A stretch of DNA of 60,396 nt, filler included, from Sphacelaria rigidula (GCA_964200075.2; 7 parts of 7 records of this genome joined end to end with filler, not necessarily neighbours in it); one strand, 5' to 3'. Shown: positions 23,531 to 36,490, counted from the first letter of the whole stretch. Program-made: numbers and translations. The notes: generated by a model not told the origin, from the sequence alone.

Positions 23531-24308
23531 CTGCCGCCGTAGCGAAAAATAACGAAAATAATGGCTCAATGGTGGTGATAATATTTTCTACTAGAATCAG
23601 TATAATAATGCCAATGCTGATGATCAAAGTGATATTAATACGTATATATACGATGCTCATGATAAATAAATAAAAAGATATGAACGAGTAATTGAGTGTG
23701 TGCGAGAACATATGAGACATCAAGAAGGAAAGACACGCCAAAAAACAAACACTTCATGTATCCCATCAAATTGATGACTTGTCGCACATCAAATAATCTC
23801 TGAGGCATCCAGCCGTGGTCACAAACGACATGACACGCTCAGTGCTCAAGGTACAACAAAACGGCAAAACACTCTCAGAAGAAAGCTCGGGAGAGGGGAA
23901 AGGTGAAGGGTGAAGGAAGAGACGGTAGATCACGAGTAAGTCGGGCACCCAAACACCACGCCGTCGCTGAGTGTCGGGGGCAAGGCTACTCGTGGATACA
24001 TACCGAGGACGCTCATGTACAGGTACATACACTGGGGGCGAGGACGGTGACCTGGCTCACTGATTCTGACTAATTGGTTGATTGGTCGATTTATTACTTC
24101 ATCAATGTTGAGTCGCACGCTAACTGATTTGCGATTGATCCAGTCGGCATTGTACGTGATGACAATATACAGTAGTTCTGGGCACACCTATAAACAGCGA
24201 CGTTTTTCACTCTCTCTCGTAAATGGACCAGTGCAAGAACACACGCACATACACACCATATCCGTTGTACCTGGCGGTAGTTACGGTACCGTACAAGAAC
24301 TTAACTAA

Positions 24309-24426
24309 CCCTTTTGAAGCCCGTCTACGGTTTCTATTTTCGTGAATCGGGATCATTCTCAGTCGTTCTCAAGTCAAAATGATGTCAGTTCATCAAAACA
24401 AGAATCATCCGTGGGTTCCAAAAGGG
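24309..24426. mobile_element. piggyBac-type MITE (about 118 bp)
   Basis: CCCTTTTGAAGCCC...GGGTTCCAAAAGGG termini flanked by CTAA/TTCA (degenerate TTAA). Confidence 0.65.
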
Positions 24427-24784
24427 TTCAAAACAAAATGGCAAGAACTAACCATTATTGTACAAAACTCTCTACTCACGCCTTTCAGTATGTCATGTAC
24501 CGGCCACCCAAACAAACGCCTTCTTCACAACAATCACCGCATCATGCTCGGATCCTCCCACTCACTCCACTCCGTTGGTGGACCTACCCCCAGAATAAGA
24601 GTACCGCTCCAACCTCTCGAAGCCTGCTTCTACATTGGTCACTGTATCATATTCGGATACTCCCCTGCCCACCACGGAGCCTACCGGTTACAAAAGCCGG
24701 TGTACCCCGCCAAACATAATGCATTGCAGCCATGCCTCATACATATCCACCTACCACGAATATGAATACAAGTGAGACGCACAC

Positions 24785-24859
24785 CTTTTCGTCGAAGATG
24801 CTTTCCTTAGCTGGGTCGTTTTCCGTGTCAGCTGCGTCCGTACTGAATTTTTCCAATGC
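24785..24859 (-). CDS. PPP1-like gene, exon B
   Basis: cag|GCA...AAG|gtgtgc, 75 bp. ALEKFSTDAADTENDPAKESIFDEK. Confidence 0.85.
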
Positions 24860-25577
24860 CTGCGAAACCCGCCCGCCACCCGCCACCCGCCCCGCCCCGG
24901 CACGTTCGTGTTGGCGTTCTTTGTGCGGCAAATACATCTTTGATGTTGATTAATCCATCCATCGGTTGTTTCATCATCGCACATGAAGTAAATGGAACTT
25001 ACTCATCCCACATTAATCAACCAAAATAAAAAGATAGGGAAGTAACTTAGCAACACCAGATTCCCGGACTCCACAGATTAACCACCCAGACGGTCACGGG
25101 GTTAAGAACGCGTGTACCACGGTACAGTTGTGGAGGATGACGATGCGTGACACACTGGACCTCGGCGGCCGAAAACAGACGTCTTGATAGGTTGAGGATG
25201 GTGGTAAAGGACAACGCGCCTCCCGAGAGAGGTTTTCGAAAATTTAGGTCAGAAGCCAGCACACCTCGGACAAACAAAGTACATTCTCAAGAAGTGTACT
25301 GTGTACAGTGTGGAATACGTTTGTCATGCAATAAAACGCAATACTCGACACTGTACGCAGTACATTCTTTTACAAGGCGGTCTGTCGTCTAGGGTATGGA
25401 AGCTGGTCCACATGAGGCGATTGTTCCTCTTCTCGTTCTTCACGAGGAAGAAAAAAAAAACACACACACACACACACACTTCATGTACTACATAATACAT
25501 GATATTTTTCTTCGCACAGCACACGTAAAAAACAGCGGGGAAATGTGACTGAAGGCTGAGAAATAAGCTGCAAGCAC

Positions 25578-25694
25578 CTGGTTGCAGATACCATCAGCCT
25601 TCGATCCAAGCCCCGGGCATATCTCCCCCGACTCCACTCTTGTTTGTAGTTCCTTGATGTCGCCCATTGCTTCCCGTGCGATTTTGTTGTAAAC
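25578..25694 (-). CDS. PPP1-like gene, exon A (upstream exons lie off-scaffold)
   Basis: cag|GTT...CAG|gtgctt, 117 bp. VYNKIAREAMGDIKELQTRVESGEICPGLGSKADGICNQ. Confidence 0.85.
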
Positions 25695-25828
25695 CTGACG
25701 CAAAACGTTTAAATGGAAAGGACGTGATTATGCGTACTATTTCGAACATGGAATACGAGAAGGGGAGGGGAGGGGAGGGGGGGGGGGGGCGGATTTGTTT
25801 CTTGGCTGGTTGGTGTGTTGTTGGGCGG

Positions 25829-25928
25829 NNNNNNNNNNNNNNNNNNNNNNNNNNNNNNNNNNNNNNNNNNNNTTAATTAATTAANNNNNNNNNNNNNNNN
25901 NNNNNNNNNNNNNNNNNNNNNNNNNNNN
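25829..25928. other. Artificial scaffold linker
   Basis: N-TTAATTAATTAA-N, 100 bp. Confidence 0.99.
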
Positions 25929-27879
25929 GCTGGTTTGGTGGCGAGCCGTCCTGTTTGACTGTGTATCTGTGTGTGGGTTTGCCTCGCGTCGATCTCGAGC
26001 GCGGTGCACTCATGTCAAATATTATGTGACTGCGTATGCCGAACGGTGTGGACTGATGACGTCCAGGATAGATGGGATAGCAACACATGCACATAAGCTG
26101 ACTTTTTCGCGCGCCCTAACGAGCGTGGCCAGATGCGGTGAAAGGGACTGACACGTTCGCACATGAGGTGAACCCCAAGAAGGAATCAAGGTACTCGTAC
26201 TATACCTCCTCCATCAAAACACACAACATAGTCATCATCACACAAGCAACGGAGAAGGTATTAGGAGTTTTCTTGGGTTTGAAGCACCGCTGGCAACGAT
26301 TCTTCAGTAATGTGTTTCGAGCTCTCGAGGAACCCGTGAGCGAACGAGCTTGTTGGTTGGCAACGATATGATAAATGTCGACAGGCCTTGTTGCTGTGAT
26401 AACAGCAGAGTGATACCGTGATAGCCCCCCCGTAGAGGAGCTAACGAACTTCCGGTAGGAAATGTCCATACAGCGCATGCATGCATCAAGATGGGGGTGG
26501 TTTCAGAAACAAGTATTGAAAAATATTTCGAAGAATGCAGATATAGCTGGTTTCGGAAACCGAGTCAAAACATTTCACACACATGTAGCTGTTGCCTCGA
26601 TCCCCGATACAACTTTGTGGGCGGGGCTGCCGCGGCATCACTCAGCACACAGTCAGCACAGTGACCATTATTCGTGTGGGTGCGTGTAATCGTAGCTCCT
26701 GAAAATATACTGGATTATGGCCGCATAGATTCCCGCCAAAACAAGTCACCTGCAAAGCTTATTTTCAAGAGGCCACGGTCGGGGTTATTTGTTCGTGTGC
26801 ATGCTCTCTTGTGTTCCTGTGGTTGTAAGACTGCCGGGCACAACGTGAACCCACAGTCGACTGTTTATTGCGTTCATTTTCTTCCGTACCTGGAACACAA
26901 CCATAATCCCACGCGCTAACGGTTTCTCATGTTGAAAAAAGCAAGAAAAATGGTCCACCGCAGCTCCACCTGTTGTTCAGTGATCCAGCACTCAACGCAC
27001 AGCCGGAATGAGGAACAGCTCCCACGGCGTCATGAGCTGGTGCTAGAGGTGACGCCTTTCCGGCACACCCAATCTTGAGTTATCCAAGGGCGGTCATAGT
27101 TGGAGTAACTGTCTACTTTTCAAAACGGCGCGCATGTCTATTCAATCTTTTCGTGTCTCCTCGCAACAAAAGTATTGTATTAAACAGACGACATGTCCTT
27201 TTACCGGTCCATCAGTTACACGATCGATTGAAGTGCCGTAACTTACTCTCCGTCTTCCATGGCGCGAAAAAACTCCACCCAATGAAGATTCAGATTCAAC
27301 CGCAAAGTAGGGGGTGGGGGAATTTCGGGGGTGAAGATTTTAGTGCAACAATCATCATTATTATTTGCGCACATTAGTTCGATCTCGCGAACCCGTGGTC
27401 ACAGACAATAACAAGGGTCATTCCGAATGAACGGACTCATTTTACTTAAGACCCCTCGCAATTTCGCACCTGTTGTTCAACGAAGAGATAAAGATACAAC
27501 GCATCGAGATGATTACCGAAACCAGGTAGTCTTGGAATGAAAGCAGGATCAGCACGAATATTACCTCTTCCGCAAGCACCTCAGGTGATCAATTTTGCCT
27601 CGGTCCCGACGAAACTTGTCTGGGGCGGGGTACCATATAGAACGAGTCATCCCTATTGTTTAGCTTTTCTCTGAAATTTTACCTTGTTAGTGTGTTGTAT
27701 GTGCACGTATCATGTACGTTTTTAGCCATAGGGGTGGTCGCAAGAACGAAGGGATATTGGGGGGGGGAGGGGGGGGGGGCAAGCACCCCAAATCCATCGG
27801 GATCGACGGGTGCCCATGTTTGGGTCTCAAGGATGGTTGACGAAGCATTCTCGAATATTCATGATTTCGAACTACCGCC

Positions 27880-27950
27880 AACCTTAACCCTAACCCCGAG
27901 CAAAGCATACGAGAACCCTCGGGCAAGGGGGGTGCATATTTTGCTCCAGG
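27880..27950 (+). repeat. Dispersed repeat with degenerate (CCCTAA)n head
   Basis: ACCTTAACCCTAACCCCG...GAGAACCCTCGGGCAAGGGGGGTGCA. Confidence 0.7.
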
Positions 27951-28929
27951 CAAAGTGTGTGTTTGTGGACCTCAAATCGGCGCGGATTTTGACAAAAACA
28001 CATTTTGGGCAAACTAGGAGCACTCGGGACTGTCAGGCCCCCTAAATATGCGACCATCAGTATTCACTCTGATAATCAATTCAACCTCTTTTCTCACAAC
28101 GAAGGCGTCAGCTCTACTGTCGGAATCACGTAGGTTTGTTTAATTCTTCTAGCCACGCTTTCCACCAAAGGAAAACACCAACTACAAATCTACCCAAATA
28201 CAAGCAGTAGATTCACGTCTCTGGATTCTCGATCAAGCAGAGCGTGATCGACTAACTTCAGCGATGGGTTGAACAGATAACAGATATTCGTTCACGCTGG
28301 CACAAACATCGAGGATAGGAGTAGAAGCCATGAACATTATTTTTTTGTATTACAACAAATTCGATCCTACATAGAAGAATCTTCGTCGAGGTTTCATGCA
28401 CATTTTGGAACCCCCCGAAATCCCCAAGAGTCGACTCGATAGGTCTACCAAAACAAAACATCTGTTGCTACGGTGACCCCCCTCCCTGCCCACCTCCTAG
28501 CCCTCCCGAAAAGCAATCACACACGCGCGACACAGACATACGCACAGAGCACTGAATGTGACAAAAAAAGCGCATAACGCAAACCCATGACAAAAAATAA
28601 ATTATACAGTACACTTCATACGGATGAACTCTCCTTTACCATACCACGATAATAATACCGTACACGACGGTGAATACACCCCCCGCATGATGACTCTCTG
28701 GAACCCGAAAATTCATCACCCCTGGGTGGCATTCGGGAGAACCGATGGTGGGGGGGGGGGATATACCGCGTACTCTCATGAAGTGCTTGTACTGCAGATA
28801 CAAGCGATGGTACCATACATGACGGCAGACGTATCGCAGGGCAGTGTTACCCGGGGCGGGTAATGGTACACCACATATCGGCTATTCACGTGATCTTCCG
28901 TTCCACTACCGTTCCCTATGAAACAAAAA

Positions 28930-29103
28930 TCAAATCCGTCGTCCCGTGCCAGCACGAGAAGCCAGGCTTGGCGGTGTAACTGCCGCCCACGTCCGCCCGC
29001 CCACTCCGCTACCGCTACCATTTCCAGGAGCGCGGGCTTGCAATTGCGGATCCCCGGAAGCCGACGGCGCCGCTGGCGATGATTGCGGAGGCTTATAATG
29101 CAC
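28930..29103 (-). CDS. LOG/SLOG-like gene, putative last exon
   Basis: tag|GTG...TGA, 174 bp. VHYKPPQSSPAAPSASGDPQ...GRRI*. Confidence 0.5.
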   Translation of the reverse strand: MHYKPPQSSPAAPSASGDPQLQARAPGNGSGSGVGGRTWAAVTPPSLASRAGTGRRI

Positions 29104-29201
29104 CTATAGATCGTGTGTGGATGACGGGAGGCATTCTCGGTGGGGAAAATTCGGACGGAACGATATACTTTTGAGCAGGTTGACGGATGCCGATCGTGGC
29201 T

Positions 29202-29480
29202 GGAGGGGTGTATTCATGATCATGCATGACATAGTCATGAGACCATCGGCCTCGTATCCCTACAAAGCCGGAATGGAGCACGCCGGGTTTTCGCCGGACC
29301 AGGCTCGCACTCAACCATCAATGTGTTCGGCGAGTCGCATGAACGATGAGCAGCATCCTGCTAAGATTGTTCGGTCCGAAGCCTACTGACTATATTGCAT
29401 GGATGACAGCCTACAATGAGTTGCTTTTTTCTCTGGTATCGCCACTTCCAGAGACAAGAACAGCTTTTACACTGCCTCAT
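29202..29480 (+). mobile_element. PPT + LTR fragment (TGTACTCATG family); further internal fragment at 29695-29752
   Basis: GGAGGGG then TGTATTCATGATC...CCCTACAAAGCCGG...TTTTCGCCGGACCAGGCTCGC. Confidence 0.75.
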
Positions 29481-29792
29481 GGGTATCTCACCATTTAAAC
29501 ACTACGTGGTACGATCATCCTCAGTGTGCGGAGCTGAGGTTCTCTCACGCCGCAGAACATGATCTAGCTCCACTACCATCATGGTTACCGCAAAAAAACG
29601 CAAGCGCGCAAAAAAATCGGTAACCTCGTTCTCTAGCTTACGCAGTGAGTGGCTTGTTTTACAGTATCATCACCAACCGACGCCAACCCCATCGGGGGTC
29701 CGCCCCTACAAAGCTGGGACGGAGCAGGCCGGGTTCTCGCCGGACCAGGCTGACTGGAGGGGGGTGGGGCGGGGGGGGACTTTGTAGCGCAC

Positions 29793-29882
29793 ATGGTGAA
29801 TGTGAGGATGGGGGCGAGCATGCTTTTGTAGAGCCGGGTAGGACAGTTCAGCGGGTTGGCGCAATAGTAGAATCGTTGGGCA
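29793..29882 (-). CDS. LOG/SLOG-like gene, putative exon 3
   Basis: cag|TGC...CAT|gtgcgc, 90 bp, phase 0-0. CPTILLLRQPAELSYPALQKHARPHPHIHH. Confidence 0.5.
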
Positions 29883-30781
29883 CTGAACGGCCGCTTGATT
29901 CTTCAATTTTTGCTCGTTTGAAATATACGAGGACAGGCAGCGCGATCCTGCGAGTTTAACCTTCAACCCAGCAACGCAATATGATGGACGGAGATGAGAT
30001 GTCATTTCGCCCCCCAGGAAACATACACGAGCTTTTCACCACGAACCTGCTCTCTTTTTACGCTCCCGGTAGACTCTTGTTCTTGACCGTGATGCCTTAT
30101 CTTCACTGTACTGTTGTGCTCGTCACGGTTGACGAAAAAATCTCAAAATCATTACAGTACAATCGTGGGTCCCGGCCCAATCTGAACCCTTTCCTCTCCT
30201 TCATTGCTTGTGTGCTTTTTATCTAGATAGCTTCACGGTACGGTGAACTTTTTTGGGTACTCTGTCGTATCATGCATTACATCCATGTTTTCGAAAAGAT
30301 CTAGTACAAAAAAAAAGAGGATCAACATGGACACCACAAAAATGTCATACCCCCCAACACACTTACTTTTTCTTTCCCCATAATACTTTCAACACTTTCC
30401 CTTGCTCGGGGGGACGAGTCCGTGACCTCAACACATCAGCCCACTTCTTCCCCTGTCAGTACTGTACACATCTGATATTTTTGTATCGCGAACTGGATCA
30501 GCACTCCCACATTGCGTCGACCCTCGTCATTATTTTCCCTTCGCAACTCGAAACTCATCTTCAGGTTTTACAACTACGGGAGTCGGATACTCTTCGGAGG
30601 AAAAAACGTATTTGCCGATATTCGAACCCTTGACTTTACCGCATTCGGTTGCAAAAATGTACCAGGTAGTAGTTTCAACATGGGGGCGCGCGGCGGATGT
30701 ACTTCTACTTCGTAGTGTATAATTGGTCCTACTGTCCCACGCCCTCTTCTCCCGTCCGCTCACGCCGTTCAGATAGATCAC

Positions 30782-30905
30782 CTGAAACATCGAAGCCAAC
30801 AGAAACCCAAATGCGACGTCCATGGTCACCCCGCACGCAAAGAAGACCAGAGGGGCCATCTGCGGNNNNNNNNNNAGGAAGAGCCACCAACCGTGCCGCC
30901 ACAGT
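30782..30905 (-). CDS. LOG/SLOG-like gene, putative exon 2 (contains a 10-N gap)
   Basis: tag|ACT...CAG|gtgatc. TVAARLVALP[gap]PQMAPLVFFACGVTMDVAFGFLLASMFQ. Confidence 0.6.
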
Positions 30906-31416
30906 CTAGACACGCCCAGCGCGAATGCGAGATTTAGGCTGGGGCGCCCCCCGCCTTGAAGGGCAATCCCCAGACATGACTGCGTTTGGGAATAAAATAC
31001 GAGTATATTTTGCAGCGTTTATCGCTAACCAAGGGGAAATAAAGTGTGGGATGAGTTGAGGCAGTGAGTGATATGCCGCGGAGGTTGGACAAAGAGTCCG
31101 CCTCTGTATCTCTTGCATGCCCTGAAGTTTTTGAAGGGAATGGGGGCACGTTGACCAACGTTGCAAAGACGGACACACCCGAGATGTGCTGGCGAATTTT
31201 TACCTGCTTGTTTTGCTCTGCACGCCTGTCTGCCCTGTTTGCCTGACTGCCCATGCACATATATGTCTCTTTATTATTGCCCGTCTACAGGTACGTACAT
31301 ACTTACTCACCTACCTAGCTACCTACCTCATTCCCGCAATATATGTTCGTCCATCAGTCCGTTAATCAATCAATCGATTAGCCAAATAATCTATCAGCCC
31401 GTTTCCCTCCTCTCAC

Positions 31417-31878
31417 CAACGCCTCACAGCTCCACCCCACCACAGGCCTCGAGCGCACCCCAAGCCCCGCAGCAACCCCAGCCAACAACCCTGCGACGCC
31501 CCCAGCTGGAGACACAATGCCCCCCCACCCCTTCAACACAGACCCCGCCAGGGCCGCCGCAACTAGGGAACCCGAGGCCAGCAACGCGGGAGGCGGCTGC
31601 ACTAAGAACACCGCCAGGTGTAGCGTCTCAGGAAAGAGGACCAGAATAGGCTGTCCAGCCGGACAATCTGGCAACTCCGGCTGCTGACCGATGGAGGAAT
31701 TCGCTGGCTTCGTTGTTGTGGAGGATGACGCTTTTGACATCGCTGCTGGTGGTGCGTTGGTTGCCCAGAGGGCACCGAGGGGCAGCGTGTTCTTGTCGCC
31801 CTTCGCCAATGGCTGCTTCAACTCGTCTTCATCAAAGCCTACCATGGCGAGGGACTCGTGATGCCGGATGACCGCCAT
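31417..31878 (-). CDS. LOG/SLOG-like gene, first exon
   Basis: ATG at 31878, donor TTG|gtgaga, 154 codons. Ends LAVFLVQPPPALLASGSLVAAALAGSVLKGWGGIVSPAGGVAGLLAGVAAGLGVRSRPVVGWSCEAL. Confidence 0.7.
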
Positions 31879-32095
31879 CGTTTTGACTCGTGATCAATTG
31901 CCCAAAGATGAAAATGCTGCGGGCTCCAGCTCTTGCCTCAAGACGCGTTCAGACGCTATCGCTCTCTTCTTGCTGCGCGGATTTGTTTGGCCCTGCGCCG
32001 TTGTTCATGTTTTTCTTGTGTTGTCAGCGGTGTTGCACGTAATAGGCCACATGGACTTTCAATGAGAATTATCTGGGTTGATGTACTGCACAAAG

Positions 32096-32129
<34 letters not shown>

Positions 32130-34470
32130 GGGGGACCCCCCGCGCCCCCGGTTATGTGGGTTATTAGAGGGTTTACCACCCACCCCCCGTTTTNNNNNNN
32201 NNNCCCCCCCCCCCCCCCCCCCCCCCCCCACCCCCCCCCCACCCCCCCCCCCCCCCCCCCCCCCGGGAACAAACCCCCCCCCCCCCCCCCCCCCCGCCCT
32301 CCCCGTGGGTACACCAGCCACACACCAGTTGATATGGTTAATAGTAGGTTAACCGCACAGCTCGGATTTTCTCTATCTCCGTGTATATGTGGGATAACCC
32401 CAGCCAAGATACGGCCTATTCTACTTCGCCCACGCCACGGGGCCGTCAGTCTATGTTTTGAGCCTTCATCTGACAACCACCACCGATGTTGTAGCTTGTA
32501 TATTAGCCTCTCGTCGCATGCCAAGGTTTTTCTAGGAAATATGCGCCCGTACTAGAGTCAAGATGAACGCACGGGATGACTCCTTCATCCTTCAGCGCCC
32601 AGATTTCTAGTGGGCCGAAGGTTGACCGCGCTTTCGGGGGGGTGGGGGGAGGGGGGGTCGGAGTAGCTATTTTTAGTGGAGAAACAACGTCTACACACGA
32701 AAGGCCGTTGACACGCACATGCCACGCGTCATAGTTCGTCGTGCAGAAGCCGCGATTGGGATCGTTTGGCCGTCTCACGATAACACTAGTGCATGTATAT
32801 TGTCGAAACACACGGCTGTTGCTGAACAGCTACATTAGACAGCGCATTTGGTGGGGGGTGTGCATGCTGTATGTGGGTCGTACGGGTGTGAATGGTGGGC
32901 GTTTTGATTATGTGCCGGAGGTTTACAGATTATTTGTTTTTCGAGTTCCCACAGCCCACGAGCAATGCACATGGACCCGCACCGGTGAGCGTGTTCCCCT
33001 CACAAACGTTTTTACCCAAGCAGTAGCTCGTGGAAGTGAGAGTTGGGGAAGAGGGGCCGAGCTCGGTTAGCTTTCGTGTTTTGAACTCGAGAAGAAAAAT
33101 AATAAACCTTCTGCTCGACGATGTGACCTAGGCTGCCGCAATCGTTTCGGGCAATAACTGAAGCCCGTGAAAAAAACGCGCTGCGCTCAACGCCTACAGT
33201 GGATATGCTCCGCGAATGCCAGCGGCACTATCGAGGGCCGGATTCTCGGAACAGTTAGCCTGGGATGTCAGAGGGATCGAGGGATCAGAAGGCCTATCCG
33301 TAGATGGAGAGAGGAGGCGTTTTGGAGACGACACTTTTGAACATGCTGATCAGGCGCTCGATGTTGATGAACCGCTCCATACTCGCAACGGAGAAGTGGC
33401 GGTAGACGGTAGCAATTCTAATCTTCGGGATTGTCAACTTCGCATGCACCATGTGGCAAGCGACACTTGAGTTTGGTGCCAGCGCTCACGAGACACATCA
33501 CTAGTTGAACTGTACTGTAGCGCAACGGTCAGGGTTGGACTACTGCCAGAAACGATCCAACATCCCACAGGATAGTTAGTCTGCAGGCTGAAATACCTCG
33601 ATGCGTCGAAAGTACAGAGCACAGTAACAAGCTGGCCTTTGAAAAAAATCAACGGAACTACTAGTTGTGAATATTCCCGCTAATGCACTCACCTTGTGTT
33701 CTACGCTTCGACCTCATATGGCCGCGGCAGGGCATGCAAACTACAAGGCGGCGCACCGCACAAGGACAGCAATATATACTTGTTTTTGATATTAAAAATC
33801 GTCTGGATGAGTTCAGATCCGCGATCATTATGTCGTGATATTGTCATTCAATAAGCTCATCACCATTGTAAAGCCAATACTGTAGTCAGGACAAATAATG
33901 GAGGGAGGGAATGCCAACAACAAGAATGAAAAGTCTTCTGCGTCGAGTTGGAAAACCGAGTGCCACCCCCTGAAGTCCGAATGGCCACCTGCGGCACCGG
34001 ATCTTCTGAGGTTAGCCATATGTAGTCCCTTTCTTCAGTATTATTTATTATTCCTGTTTAGCTTGAATCATGTTTTGCGAGTTTTGAATCTGGGTCTATT
34101 TACCTTTTTTTGCTAGTCTGTGACCACGGAAGGCGTCCGCATCAGATGCCCAGTACGAATGTACCGCGCAGACATCGGAACGATTTTTAATGTGAAGAGA
34201 ACAACAACACGTATACGCTCTTTGGGGTGTACATATCATACTCCAAGAGTCTCTGGACAAGATACAACGGAAAACAGTCACGGAACGAAAACCATAACGC
34301 GTACGAGCTGGGCCAGCCTAGAGGCAGATTTGAAGTTTGCAGGCCCATGCTTTTTTATACATTTAAATTTGGACCCTGAAATTTGGTATGGACAGAGAAT
34401 AGGACATGAGAAAAAAATTACTGAAGTACCATTTTTTTTTTTTCATGAGTTATTTTAAGGGCATTTTACT

Positions 34471-34570
34471 NNNNNNNNNNNNNNNNNNNNNNNNNNNNNN
34501 NNNNNNNNNNNNNNTTAATTAATTAANNNNNNNNNNNNNNNNNNNNNNNNNNNNNNNNNNNNNNNNNNNN
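34471..34570. other. Artificial scaffold linker
   Basis: N-TTAATTAATTAA-N, 100 bp. Confidence 0.99.
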
Positions 34571-36490
34571 TGACCCCGGCTGATGCACCCACATACACCG
34601 AAAGGTGCAGACTGGTGCCCAGAATAAATGGGACGACAACACACTTCTCGTCCCTTTCTTCCATAAAGCCCTATTAACTATGGCTGGCAATATCATCCTC
34701 GTCATGTTCCATACGTTACGTCGCCGTTTCAATTAGTCCATGTCGCCATTTGTTCTGAGTGGATACCTAACCATTTCTGCTCTCAATACTGTTTTACTCG
34801 TTGTTTTTGACCATTCAAGCATTTTCTTAGCTGCTATCATCTGTACTGTTTACAGCTTCTTGACCAACTTCGCGTTCCCCTCCCATGCGTCTCCTGCATA
34901 TTCCAGCTTCGGTGCAATCACATCATTAGAACACAATTCTTAATCTGGTGCTACGTGCGAATCGCTTAGGATCACGTCCATCTTGCCTGTACCTTACCTT
35001 CTTCTATTTCTTTACTTATGTGTGCATCCCGAGAATAGTATATTTAGATCTCTACGCCATAGTATATATATATATGCTGGTGTACGATCGACAATCCCTC
35101 TTTTCCTCACTTCCATGAGAATTTTACCAGGCTTTCCTTACCTTCGTAACATACAAGTACCGCGCATGTGTTCCTGATATCCCCAAGAAACCATCCGCGA
35201 AGATCAACCCCGATATCGTATCTTCCCCCACCTTGACTGGTTGCTTTTATGCCTCTATTGCTATCATCAGGTCATGAATAAATATCTTGAATGAAGGGAG
35301 TGATAACGTACATCCTCGTGCAACTCCTTGTAAAATATAAAAGTATTGCGATGTTTCCCCGTCGAGCATCATAGCTAGCACTTCTCGCACATTCTGTAAT
35401 CTTTTCCACCATCCTCCTCGTATTTCCACTGGTCCCAGCGTTCCACACACTTTTTACGGTGCAGTTCTCAATACTGTGCCATGGGCCTCTGGTATGTCTA
35501 GAAAGAAACTGTACTTTGTTGGCATGGCGTATTTCCTACCTTGAATAATCTTCCCTCATGCGTACACATGGTATGCGCAGCTCGGTTCGGTCTCAAACTT
35601 GCTTGCCCCTCCCTGACTGTTTCTTCCTTTCCTAGTATCGTTCCCACTCTGTCGATCAGGATATTGTAATATTTTCCCTACAGGCCTCAGTGAAGTTATC
35701 ACTTCATAATTTCCTGGGTCAGCTTTGTCTCCTTTCTTGAAAAAGGTTTACTGCTACTCCTTTTCTCCACTTTCTGGGTGTGTCCTCGTTTCCCATATCC
35801 AACTATACAGCTTAACCATAATGGTAATCATTCCCTCTCCCCCGTACTCAACAAATTAATTTGCTATTTCGTCTGTCCCTGCTGCCTTTCAGCGTCTTCA
35901 TCTCGTTATTCTCGAGGAGGTTGAACATCTCCATTCGTATTGTTCGTTTCCCTGTGTTGCCCCATGATATCATCCGGTTGACTTGCGTTTCCTATCCTTG
36001 CACTAAAACCTGCCATTAATATTGCTTCTCCTTGCCGGATCAGATCATATGACTTGATTACAGTATGAGACCTGATGCTGTCCTTCCAACCTCCTTCCGT
36101 ATATCGTATACCGCACGATTCGATCCTGGAGGCATATAGATATTCCCTACGAAAACCTCCTTCATTCTCCACTCTCCTGGTACCCTTATCCATATGCTCT
36201 CATCGAATTCTGTGTCTTTGATCACTTCCATGATGTCACACAGGGATTCCTTGACTGAGAACCCTACTCCCCTCAGTCCCATACACTTGGTTCTCTGTAT
36301 CTTCCGCGTTAGTCCCGCCCATGCGTACCATCCAACTTTGCATCCTATCCCGGCTGCCCTTTCTCTCCCATGATTCTTGGATTCCCACTACACCTAGGTC
36401 ACGCTTACTTGCTTGTTCGGCCATCTACATTCTTCTGAGGTCGTCCGTGGCGAATCCACACACGTTCCACGATCCTATTCTCGACTTCTT
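34571..36490 (-). mobile_element. Degenerate LINE ORF2: APE endonuclease plus reverse transcriptase
   Basis: Motifs in order: IGSWNVCG, DLGVVGIQESW, FVGNIYMPP, LMAGFSARIG (APE); KAAGTD, KADPGNY, QGVARGCTLS, LIFAD (RT). Many stops and frameshifts. Confidence 0.9.

Noticed and set aside
32096..32305. Poly-Pro/poly-Gly ORFs and G-quadruplex-like tracts (also 8476-8520, 53451-53641)
   Set aside because: Homopolymer runs next to assembly gaps; length and sequence are unreliable.
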